From Chiloscyllium plagiosum (taxonomy: Eukaryota): a DNA stretch of 62,000 nucleotides. A program made the position numbers and the translations under genes. Every line of letters starts with the position of its first letter. Position 1 is the stretch's first letter. The notes under the pieces are model-generated. The model worked only from the letters and a program-made list of their open reading frames with translations. It did not search any database and was not told the DNA's origin. The DNA lies in NCBI RefSeq assembly GCF_004010195.1, contig NC_057750.1, positions 3,711,450 to 3,773,449 of the forward strand, given 5' to 3'. Shown here one piece after another: positions 26,867 to 37,143 of this stretch.

Positions 26867-27259
26867 CTTGATTGACACCACATTCACTGATGGTCAGTAG
26901 CGTTAGCATGTATCATTTACAGGGTGCATTTCAGAAATTCACCAAAGCACCTTACAAAACAACAACCACTCTGGTTTGGAAGGACAAAGCAAGAAGATAC
27001 ATGAGACCACCACTACCTACATGTTCCCCTCCAAGCCTCTCACCATCCAGATTTGTAAATATATCACTGTTCTTTCAATGTCACTGGGTCGAATGGTTAG
27101 CGCTCCCTTCCTGATGATATTGTGGGTGGCCCAACACCAAATGAATTGCAACAGCTAGTGAAGGCAGCTCACTGCCACCTTCAAGGGCATTTAGGGCTAG
27201 GCAATAAATGCTGGCCCAGCTGGCAACACTCATATCTTATGAGTGGAATTCATTCGACC

Positions 27260-27920
27260 ACAGGATTTAGGAGCAGAATTAGACCATTTGGCCCATTGAG
27301 TCTGCTCTGCCATTCGATCATGGCTGGCATGTTTCTGAACCCCATTCTCTTCTTCCTGTAATCTTTGATCCACTTACTAATCAAGAACCTATCTGTCTCT
27401 ATCTTAAAGATACTCAATGAGTTCCACAGATTCACCACCCTTTGGCTGAGGAAATGATTTCTGTCCTAATGGTGGAAACATCTTTTCCATCTTCAGTCTA
27501 TCCAGACCTCTCCATATTCTGCAAGTTTCATCCTCTAAACTCCAGCAAATATAGACTCAGAGTCCTCAGCTGTCCCTCAAATGACAAAGCCTTCATCCCT
27601 GGGATCATTCTTGAAAACCTCCGCTGTAACTTGTTGAAGGCCAGCACATCCTTCCTTAGATATGGGGCCCAAAACTGCTCACAATATTCCAAATGGACTC
27701 TGACCAGAGCCATCAATGCTGCCACAATCTCTTCAGCTATCTCGTTCAGAATTCTGGACTGTCTGGGTTGTTTATCCACCTTCTTTCAGTTTCCCCAGCA
27801 CTTCCTTCTTAGTGATGGCCATACATTCACCTCTACCCTGATTTTCGAAGTTCTGGTATGCGACTAGATTCTTCCACTATGATGACTGATGCAGAGTACC
27901 TGTTAGGTTACTCCACCATT
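27260..27920 (-). mobile_element. CR1 3' fragment with internal deletions
   Basis: LVRVHLEYCEQFWAPYLRKDV..QRRFSRMIPGM plus 3'UTR. Confidence 0.85.
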
Positions 27921-28729
27921 TATCACACCAGACTGTGGTGGACATTGTTTTAAAAAATTCTCAAGGAGTTGATAGACAGACTTTTAATTAGTAATGGGTG
28001 GAAGGGTTATGGAGAGTGGGCAGGAAAGTGGAATCGAGGCTGAGATGCAATCAGCCATGATCATATTAAATAGTGGAGCAAACTCAAGGGGCTAAATTCC
28101 CTACTCTTGCTTCTAGTTTTGCCTTAGGAATGTATTGAATCACCCATAAAATTTCATTACAACACTCAGATGGGGCTACAATGTGGTGGACCACTGCACT
28201 TTCTTCATTAGCTGGTATTTGAGACGATCTTCATTTTTAAGACAATCTCTTTTAAATAATAATATTCAGGGACTGTTTCTGATTCAGTCATGAGAAGGCT
28301 GTCTGGTATAAATTTTTCACTCTGTTTGTTGCATTTCTATTAAAAAAATGTATGTTATACATCTCAGTTTCATTCATTTCAACTTCATCCTTTTTAGTTA
28401 CATTTTCAAAAATTAAGCCCAATAACTGAATTTTCAAATCCTCTCCATGTTTCATAGACTCCTTTTCTTCCTGTCTGATTCTTTGGGCCTAGGATCTAGT
28501 CACAACACAGTCAGAAAACAATACAAAAGGTCCTTTAGTAACATTTCAGTTTCTTCTGCCTTCACCAGTTGTAGCTATACTTCTTGAATCTGCCAAATCA
28601 TTTCCCAACATAACCAATTATTTCTTTAGGAATTTGTTTCAATACTCCCACTGCAACATTTCAATTTACCAAGTCAACCTTTAAACCAACTCTATATAAT
28701 GACATTAGATTGTAGCCTCCATGTATACA

Positions 28730-29738
28730 TAGAAATAGAACAGGACAGCGCAGTACATGTCCTTTGGTCCTCGATGTTGAGCTGAGCAGTGGAACCAGTC
28801 TGAAGCCATCTATCCTACACTATTCCATTTTCACCCATATGTTTATCTAATCACCACTTAAATACCCTTAAAGTTGGGGAGTCGACTAGTGTTGCAAGCA
28901 GTGTATTCCATGCCCCGACTACTCTGAGTAAAGAAACTACCTCTGACATCTGTCCTATATCTTTCACCTGTCAATTTAAAGCTGTGTCCACTCGTGCTAG
29001 CCATCGCCATCCGAGGAAAAAAGCTCTCACTGTCCATCTTATCGAACCCTCTGATTATCTTATACGTCTCAATTAAGTCACCTATCAAACTTCTTATATC
29101 TAACGAAAACAGCCTCAAGTCCCTCAGCCTTTCCCCATAAGACCTTCCTACCATACCAGGCAACATCCTAGTAAATTTCCTCAGAACCCTTTGCAAAGCT
29201 TCCACATCTTTCCTGTAATGCAGTGACCAAAACGGTATGCAGTACTCCAAGTGTGGCTGCACCAGAGTTTTATATTTTGAAGCATGACCTCATAGCTCCA
29301 AAACTCAATCCTTGTACCAATAAAAGCTAACACACTGTATGCCTTCTTAACAGCCCTATCAACCTGGGTGGCAACTTACAGGGATCGATGTACCTGGACA
29401 CTGGGATCTCTCTGCTCATCTACACTACCAAGAATCTTACCATTAGCCCAGTACTCTTTATTCCTGTTGCTCCTTCCAAGGTAAAGCACTTCATACTTTT
29501 CCACATTAAACTCCATTTGCAATCTCACAGTACAACTCTGCAGCTTATCTATGTCCCTCTCTAACCTGCAACATCCTTCAGCACTATCCACAACTTCACC
29601 ACCTTATTGTCATCCGCAAATTTACTAACCCATCCTTCTATGCCCTCATCCAGGTCATTTATAAAAATGACAAACAGTAGTGGCCCCAAAACAAATCCTT
29701 GCAGTACACCACTAGTAACTGAATTGCAGGATGAACAT
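28730..29738 (-). mobile_element. CR1 3' portion
   Basis: QPHLEYCIPFWSLHYRKDVEALQRV; MEFNVEKYEVLYLGR. Confidence 0.9.
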
Positions 29739-30124
29739 ACCGGAATTAAATCTGGCTTGATAGATCATTACCATCAAGTGGGCTTGATGGGCCAAATGGC
29801 CTGTTCCTGCTCCTATTCACTGTTTCTAAAACTCTACCTGCTACAGCACAAATGAACATCTTACTCAGGAACGGCAATATAATGGTCAATGTGGGAAAAT
29901 AAAGTACAGCATTGGTTCAGCAAAAATGCTGTTCTGCCATTAAGTCTGTGGCACATTAGAGAAAGGTGTACACACAGAAAATCTGATCTTGGAGGTTATT
30001 GACACTGATACATGGTGTTCGCAATGGAAAACAGTTCCCTTTTCCAACTTGATTGTTTTAGGGAGAAGTCTTGAGGAGAAAGATTGCACAAATAACTCAA
30101 CCTGAAGCAATATCGTAAAACTTT

Positions 30125-30240
30125 AAAAAACCGAAGAAACTGTTCTGAAGGTCACTAAACCTGAAACGTTACCTCTGATTTCTCTCCACAGATGCTGCCT
30201 GACCTGCTGCGTTTTTTCCAGCAATTTCTGATTTTGTGTT
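30125..30240 (+). mobile_element. PLE terminal fragment (family C) with decayed hammerhead core
   Basis: TTCTGAAGGTCACTAAACCTGAAACGTTACC..CAGATGCTGCCTGACCTGCTG; related to other PLE termini in the window. Confidence 0.6.
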
Positions 30241-31489
30241 TGATCATGAAACTCCACTTCAGCAGCTCTGTGATTGGAAGCAGGTAGACTATTAGGGTGG
30301 AGGTCTACACAAAGGAAGATAATTCCTCCACGCCTCTTCATCTGCCTCCAATCCAAACCTGGATTTGGGATTCATATTTTCTGTAAGGTATGTTCCACCA
30401 TGACTTCCATTATCAAAAGGGAACCTACCAGGGCAAGGCTACAAACTACCATCTTGCAAGGATGCACCAAAAGAGATAGCAAGGAAGCTGAAGGTGCCTG
30501 GCTACTTTAACATGTTTACTTTATCCATTTTAATCCTTGGCTGAAGCCCAGCCATTCAGCAGATATATTCTTGAACTTAACTCGGTATGTGAGATTTCCA
30601 CAAGATTCTGTCCCTCTTCTGGGAAACCTTGTGACCTTCATTACCGTTTCACAGAGTCTAGGGCCACTTTGCACATAGCAGTGCTGGGAAACAGCACTAG
30701 TGCTATTTGCATACGGGAAGCAAGGAAGTTTCCAACAGATACAGGGCAAGAGATATCCCAGTCGTGGTGCCATTAGGCCTCACTGCCTGAATTTTGTCTC
30801 ATTCAATGTTGTAAAATTATGTGAATTCAGCAAAGAATTAAATACTAGGCAGGCTTTGAAACCAACATTCTATCAAACCTCCCAGATTTCCAATAGGCAC
30901 ATCAGGTTAAAGTGATGTATCTGGACTTGGAGATATCAGTAGTTATTTTAAAATGCAAATATTGGTTCTCCTCAATTCTTAAATTATTACTGTTAATCAA
31001 GACAGAAAGATCAGAGGACCTATTAAATGAAACACTGACAGATTGCAGTTCTATGATACAGTAGAGGCTCTGAGCAGTTAATGTGTGTATAGTGTAGAAC
31101 TTTGTCACTCCAGCGATCTTTGTCACTGGTGATGTTATACTGTGCCATCCTGGTATTTACTGATATAACTCAAATTCTGCAGCACAGCAAAGTTGCAAAA
31201 TACCTGCTCAATATTAAGGAGGAACACATTGAAACCTCAGATATTTTCACAGTTAGTAGAAGCTCCGTGATGCTAATGAAAATAAGAATCAAGATGCTTC
31301 AAAGCTCCTGCCAATAGTGTTTTACATCAATTTCTCAAAGTTCTCAGTTTGAACTTAAATTGAAAGTTTAAAAACATAAATGCTGGCAACTCACATCAGC
31401 TGCTGGTCTATTGATTGGGCAGCCACACACACTCACATTCTCCCTTAACCACACACAAACCCACACCCATGTATTGCCCCTTATAAGAG

Positions 31490-31845
31490 ATGTATGGCCA
31501 TCTCCAGATGGATAGAGGAAGTGTGTCAGTGATATCCTCAAGGCGTCACTGGCATAGTGTGACATTCCCACAGAACCCTGGGAATCACTGACCCAAGACT
31601 GTCCAAAGTGCTGGAATAACATCCTGGAAGGCATTGAGCACCTGGAGACTTGCTGTTGGGAAAAAGCAGAAGCCAGGCAAAAACAGTGAAAAGGGCAACA
31701 CCCCACCCAGCTCTCCCCAGGACCACCTTTCTGGCCCAGGTCTTACAGAGCCTGTGGTAGCTCCATAGGTCTGTACAGCCACCTACTGACACTCTGAGAG
31801 TGGAAGAGAGTCATCCTCATCTGTGAGGGACTGCAAATGATGCCA
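31490..31845 (+). mobile_element. RTE-clade LINE 3' end
   Basis: Degenerate G*RKCVSDILKASLA*CDIPTEPWESLTQD, matching the RTE C-terminal GQRKRFKDTLK motif. Confidence 0.7.
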
Positions 31846-32404
31846 CTACAGACACATTCTCCTCATCACAAATGCACACATCAAGGTCCATTTAAACTCC
31901 TTAAGAAATAAATTTGTAATCTCAATTGAAGTGAAGCATATTCTTATGTAGGTCCTCATGATTAAAATGTTTGGCAAACTCTGTTCCAATTTGTTTGCAA
32001 AAACATCTGATGCTATTATATAAATCCTGCTGGAATGCATTAGCTCTCCATAACATTACAGCAATCAAAATTACCACTGAAGGCAGGTCCTGTGGGTAAC
32101 CTACACAGATCAAAGCTGAATTGAAAAGCAGCTCACTTTGTCACTGCCATCAAAACGAGCCACCAAGTTGGGTGTATGTAATTTTAATGTCCATCTTGCC
32201 AACTGGAAATGAGATCATGCCTTCAGGCCTGCTCTTGCCCATCAAGGCATTGGCAATTAAAGAAAACAAATTAAAATCTATACATTGTACTTGTATTCAT
32301 TTTTTCACACTGAAGATATATTTTGGGAATGCCAATTATATATACTCACTTTTATTCACTTCCACTCTCCAACTCAGGCACTTGCCAAAATGATTTATGA
32401 AATA

Positions 32405-33955
32405 ACCAGGGACAACCCTGGTAATTATAGGCCAGTGAGCCTACTTTGGTTGTGGGTAAGGCATTGGAAAAGGTTATAAGAGATAGAATTTATAATCACC
32501 TGGAAAGGAATAAGTTGATTAGGGGTAGTCAACACGGTTTTAAGAAGAGTAGGTCATGCCTCACTAACCTTATTGGATTCTTCAAGAAGGTGACAAAACA
32601 GGTGGATGAAGGTAAAGCAGTTGATGTGGTGTATATGGATGTCAGTAAGGCGTTTGATAAGGTCCACACGGTAGGCTATTGCACAGAATACAGAGTTTCA
32701 GGATTGAAGGTGATTTAGTGATTTGGATCAGAAATTGGCTAGCTGAAAGAAGATAGAGTGATGGTTGATGGGAAATGTCCATCCTGGTGCTCAGTTACCA
32801 GTGGTGTGCCACAAGGATCTGTTTTCGGGCAACTGCTGTTAGTCATTTTTATAAATGATCTGGATGTGGGCGAAGAAGGATGGGTTAGCAAATTTGCGGT
32901 TGATGGGTGATGACACTAAGATAGGCACAGTTGTGGATAGTGCTGAAGGATGTTGTGGGTTACAGAGAGACATAGATAAGCTGCAGAGCTGGGCTGAGAG
33001 GTGGCAAATGGAGTTTAATGTGGAAAGGTGTGAAGTGCTTTACCTTGGAAGGAGCAACAGGAATAAAAAGTACTGGGCTAATGGTAAAATTCTTGGCAGT
33101 GTAGATAACAGAGAGATCTCTGTGTCCAGGTGCATAAATCCCTGAAAGTTGCCACCCAAGTTGATAGGGTTGTTAAGAAGGCATATGGTGTGTTGCAGTT
33201 TATTGGTAGAGGGATTGATTTTTGGAGCCACGAGGTCATGCTTCAGCTGTACAAGGCACTGGTAAGGCCACACCTGGAGTATTACATACAGTTCTGGTCA
33301 CCGCATTATAGGAAGGATGTGGAAGCTTTGGAAAGGGTTCAGAGGAGTTTTACTAGGATGTTGCCTGGTATGGAGGGAACGTCTTACAAGGGAAGTCTGA
33401 GGGAACTGAGGCTGTTTTCATTGGAGAGAAGGAGGTTGAGAGGTGACTTCATTGAGACGTATAAGATAATCAGAGGGTTAGATAGAGCTGACAGTGGGAG
33501 CCTTTTTCTTCAGATGGTGAAGGCTAACACGAGGGGACATAGTTTTAAATTGAGCGGTGATAGATTTAGGACAGATATCAGGGGTAGTTTATTTACTCAG
33601 GGAGTAGTAGGGGCATGGAATGGCCTGCCTGCAACAGGAGTAGATTCGCCAACGTTATGGGCATTTAAATGGGCATTAGACATACACATGGATAATAGAA
33701 TGGTGTAGGTTAGATGGGCATCAGATTAATTTCACAGATCGGCACATCAACGAGGGCCAAAGAGCCTGTACTCTACTGTAATGTTCTATGTTAACATTTA
33801 AAAGGCATTTGGATGGGTATATGAACAGGAAGAGTTTGTAGGGATATGGGTCAAGTCCTGGCAGGTGAGACTAGATTGGGTTGGGATATCTGGTTGGCAT
33901 GGACAGGTTGGACCAGAGGGTCTGTTTCCATGCTATACATCTCTATGACTCTATG
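32405..33955 (+). mobile_element. CR1 RT to 3'UTR, followed by a second CR1 tail
   Basis: NPGNYRPVSL; SQHGF..SCLTNL; YMDVSKAFDKV; LVRPHLEY..FWSPHYRKDVEALERVQR. Confidence 0.92.
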
Positions 33956-34064
33956 TTAACTCTGATGTTGCACTTCTTCACAGCAACCAATCCCACATTG
34001 ACCCATTCTCTTGCAGTGTATAATGCAATATTATGCAATATTTTCCCCTGCCTACACTACTTAC

Positions 34065-34134
34065 TGTGGCAAAAACATTCCATGTTCCATCAATCCTCTG
34101 TGCAGAGAAGTTTCCCCTAATCTCTCTCTGCCAA
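34065..34134 (-). ncRNA. Predicted exon 4 of a minus-strand spliced transcript (putative 5'TOP lncRNA / snoRNA host)
   Basis: Strong acceptor CTCTCCTTCTTGAACTCTTCTCCTGCAG| and donor ACA|GTAAGT; 70 nt. Confidence 0.55.
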
Positions 34135-34182
34135 CTGCAGGAGAAGAGTTCAAGAAGGAGAGCATGATGGAAGTGTGTCTTC

Positions 34183-34317
34183 CACTGTGAAACCTGAGGT
34201 TCACACCAGAGATGTGGTCATTCTTGTGCCAAGAGCAGGCTGATTCTTTGCATCTGTCTGATGAGAGCGTTTCACTGAAGCAATGGTACAATGAATCCTC
34301 CATCATCGCAGGATGAG
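34183..34317 (-). ncRNA. Candidate intronic box H/ACA snoRNA (unassigned)
   Basis: Hand-folded hairpin, AAAGAA H box (34249-34244), hairpin, ACA (34188-34186) +3 nt; 135 nt; 3' pocket 14 nt from ACA; lies in a 279-nt intron. No family or target recognised. Confidence 0.3.
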
Positions 34318-34413
34318 GCAGAAAGCAGGCAATCAGATGCTTACAAACAAACTGCCTGAGGGCACTGTGATAAAATAATTGCACCCGACAACAAATCCAT
34401 TCTCCGCACTTAC

Positions 34414-34522
34414 CTGATCGATATATCACAGTGCAGATTCCATAAGATATAGGAGCAGAAATTAGGCCATTCAGCCCATCGAATCTGCACTGCCATTCAA
34501 TCATGGCTGGTTCTTCCCTTTT
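34414..34522 (-). ncRNA. Predicted exon 3 (largely an exonised CR1 3' tail)
   Basis: Acceptor CCTTTTTCTTTTATAG|, consensus donor CAG|GTAAGT; 109 nt; 34441-34510 matches the CR1 tail at ~60337-60405. Confidence 0.55.
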
Positions 34523-34944
34523 CTATAAAAGAAAAAGGAAACTTTTGCATTTACGTAGCACTTTTCACAACTACCCGGCACCACAGAGTGCTTAACAGCC
34601 AATGAAGCACTTTTGAAGTGTAGTCACTGTTGTCATGTAAACAGAATCACTTAGCTTTCAGGAAATAAAGATACTATGGAAATATATTTAACTTGAAGAA
34701 TTAATTTACAATAGAATTATTGAGAAAGCAGAAGGTAATGGAGTAGAGATCGTAGATGTGAAAGGAAGAGTGTTTTTTAACCTCCAGAGGTCACAGCAAC
34801 TTTCAGAAAGATAAGGTTGTTATAGTGGGGGCGTGAGAAATGAATTTAAGTAATATCTACTATATTATTTTTTATTATATTAATTGCTATGTTTGAAATA
34901 AAATATATTATAATCATAAGGAACAGGCGAGAGGATATCCACTC

Positions 34945-35765
34945 CATTCGGTAACAGGAATACAGAATACTGGATTAATGGAAAGATTCTTGTTAGTGTG
35001 GATGAGTAGAGAGATCTCAGTGTCCATGTACGTAGATCCCTCAAAGCTGCCACCCAGGTCGATAAGGTTGTCAAGAAGGTGTATGGTGTGTCAGCTTTTA
35101 TTGGTAGAGGGATTGAGTTTGGGAACCATGAGGTCATATTGCAGCTGTACAAAACTCTGGTGCGGTAGCACTTGGAGTATTGCATACAGTCCTGGTCACT
35201 GCATTACAGGAAGAATGTGGAAGCATTAGAAAGGGTGCAGAGGAGATTTATCAGGATGTTGTCTCGTATGGAGGAAAGGTCTTATGAGGAAAGACTGAGG
35301 GACTAGAGGCTTTTTTCATTGGAGGGAAGAAAGTTGAGAGGTGACTTAATAGAGTCATACAAGATGGTCAGAGGATTAGATAGGGTGGATAGTGAGAGCC
35401 TTTTTCCTTGGATGATGATGGCTAGCATGAGGGGATGTAGCTTTAAACTGAGAGGTGATAGATATAGGACAGGTGTCAGAGGTAGGTTTTTTACTCAGAG
35501 AGTAGTAAGATCATGGAACGCCCTGCCTGCAACAGTAGTAGAAGCGCCAACTTTAAGGACATTTAAATGGTCATTGGATAAACAGATAATGGAATATGAT
35601 TTGGAGATGCCATTGTTGGATTGGGGTATACAAAGTTAAAATGGTGTTGTGTGATTTTTAACTTTGATAATGGAATAGTATAGGTTAGATGAGATTCAGA
35701 TTGGTTTCACAGATTGGCACAACATTGAGGGCTGAAGGACCTGTACTGCGCTGTTCTATGTTCAT
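34945..35765 (+). mobile_element. CR1 3' portion with a small PLE family B insertion (35597-35665)
   Basis: RKLRGDLIESYKMVRGLDRV..WNALPATVV; insert flanked by 12-bp GATAATGGAATA at 35585-35596 and 35666-35677. Confidence 0.88.
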
Positions 35766-36078
35766 ATGGTCTGGAACTTTTCAATTAGTTCCATTCCTCT
35801 GTTCTTTGCCCTTGGTTCTGCCTTTTGCTTTACCAATTCCAAGCCACTTACCAGATTTCCTTTTGAAAGTAACTGTTGAATGAGTTTCTACCACATTTTC
35901 AGACAACGCAATCGAGGTCATTATGACAGGCAGTAATCATTTTCCTCGTCCCCGCTGCTTCAAACTTCATTTCGGTTTTCTCTGTCGCCTGCGGATGGTA
36001 ACTAACCTGCTGTTCATTTCTAGCAAGTGCCCTTTAACAGGTTGATTCAGGCTGCTCACAGCAATCTAGTGAATAAAA

Positions 36079-36097
36079 CTGCGACCTCTAGGGGAAA
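36079..36097 (-). promoter_or_regulatory. Candidate CTCF site
   Basis: Minus strand TTTCCCCTAGAGGTCGCAG resembles the CTCF core CCASYAGRKGGCRS (2 mismatches). Confidence 0.4.
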
Positions 36098-36188
36098 TAT
36101 TCACAAACTGAGGCAACCCGCCACAATCACACTATCGGTATTTATGGACATTTACGAAATTGTCTAAATCTTCTGCTGCGTGACGTAC

Positions 36189-36277
36189 TTATTAAGAGGA
36201 ACACAAATCGTTCACGAAATAGGCCAAGCTTCCTTCCTTATTCAGTGGGAGCAGTTTTACTGAAATTCGCCCTGTAA
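36189..36277 (-). ncRNA. Predicted exon 2
   Basis: Long polypyrimidine acceptor CTCCTTTCCTTCTGTCTCTCTGTGTGCACAG| (alternative AG 6 nt downstream); weaker donor TAA|GTACGT; adds an in-frame stop after exon 1. Confidence 0.4.
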
Positions 36278-36658
36278 CTGTGCACACAGAGAGACAGAAG
36301 GAAAGGAGTTTGCGTTGTTACCCAGCCGATCACAGCCTGTTCGGACTCGTCCTGCACTGAATGATCAGAGCCACAGGAGCAACTTTAACTCAGGTACATG
36401 CAACAGATTACACACTCTCCAGCCGAAACTCCGCAACGTGCGTGTGTGAAAACACCACAACTGAGCAGAAAATATCTGAATTCTGGATTTCAAGAATATC
36501 CCCAAACGCAGATCAATATAGAAATGGAATTCTATGAAATAATTCTTAGTTTATTTTACCCATCTCTTTAATTTTGTGAAACATAGGTTCAAATTGTCTT
36601 CAGTACAATATAATTCCCAACACCTAAACATTATCGAATCCTCCCACTGTAATAATGT

Positions 36659-36735
36659 AGGTACAAACAATGACTGCAGATGCTGAATTAGTGGTGCTGG
36701 AAAAGCACAGCAATTCAGGCAGCATCCAAGGAGCA
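36659..36735 (-). mobile_element. Short PLE family A fragment in predicted intron 1
   Basis: Family A terminus; 10-bp direct repeat GTAATAATGT at 36649-36658 and 36736-36745. Confidence 0.7.
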
Positions 36736-37028
36736 GTAATAATGTGTCTAATATGAGGGACTTATAGATTATGATTCCCTACACAGCAAGTGAAGTACAG
36801 AGTACTTCAGTTAGTTCATTGCGTCTGGGCCAGTGTTGTGGCGTTGTAACCGGTTGTATAAATACAAGTTCTGCCTGACTATATTGGGAGGAAATGTATC
36901 TTTAAACTGGTTTTAAATAGCTATAACTGTATCAAAAGGGAATGAGTTATTTGACCGCAGTGGATGCGTTTATATAAAGGAATCTGGGAGAGCTCGGATC
37001 GGGATGCAGTTTGAAGTTTGCCGCTTAC

Positions 37029-37143
37029 CAGAGTCCTGTCGAACCGGTGGGGTTTGGAAGTCGCGGAGAAACCGAACAGCTCAATGGTCAAAAGGATGAG
37101 AGGGAAAGGCGACATCCCGTAACAACACAGTGCGGATGGAAAG
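37029..37143 (-). ncRNA. Predicted exon 1 starting at a TCT/5'TOP initiator
   Basis: Minus strand CTCTCTCTGTCTC(+1)TTTCC, 16 nt downstream of the ETS site; donor CTG|GTAAGC at 37028; contains a 29-codon ATG frame (37115-37029). Confidence 0.6.

Larger units (their letters stand above)
24195..27245 (+). mobile_element. Degenerate CR1/L2-group LINE (family B), APE to 3' tail
   Basis: DFNVHHQEWL; LQQVVREPTR; DKSNPANCHPINL; tail GGCAATAAATGCTGGCCCAGC; interrupted by the Tx1 fragment. Confidence 0.85.

Noticed and set aside
34250..34315. AUGA...GA hairpin as SECIS or C/D snoRNA; CTGATGA on the plus strand as a hammerhead
   Set aside because: No apical AA at SECIS spacing; boxes C (AUGAUGG) and D (CAGA) both deviate; no GAAA core partner for a hammerhead.
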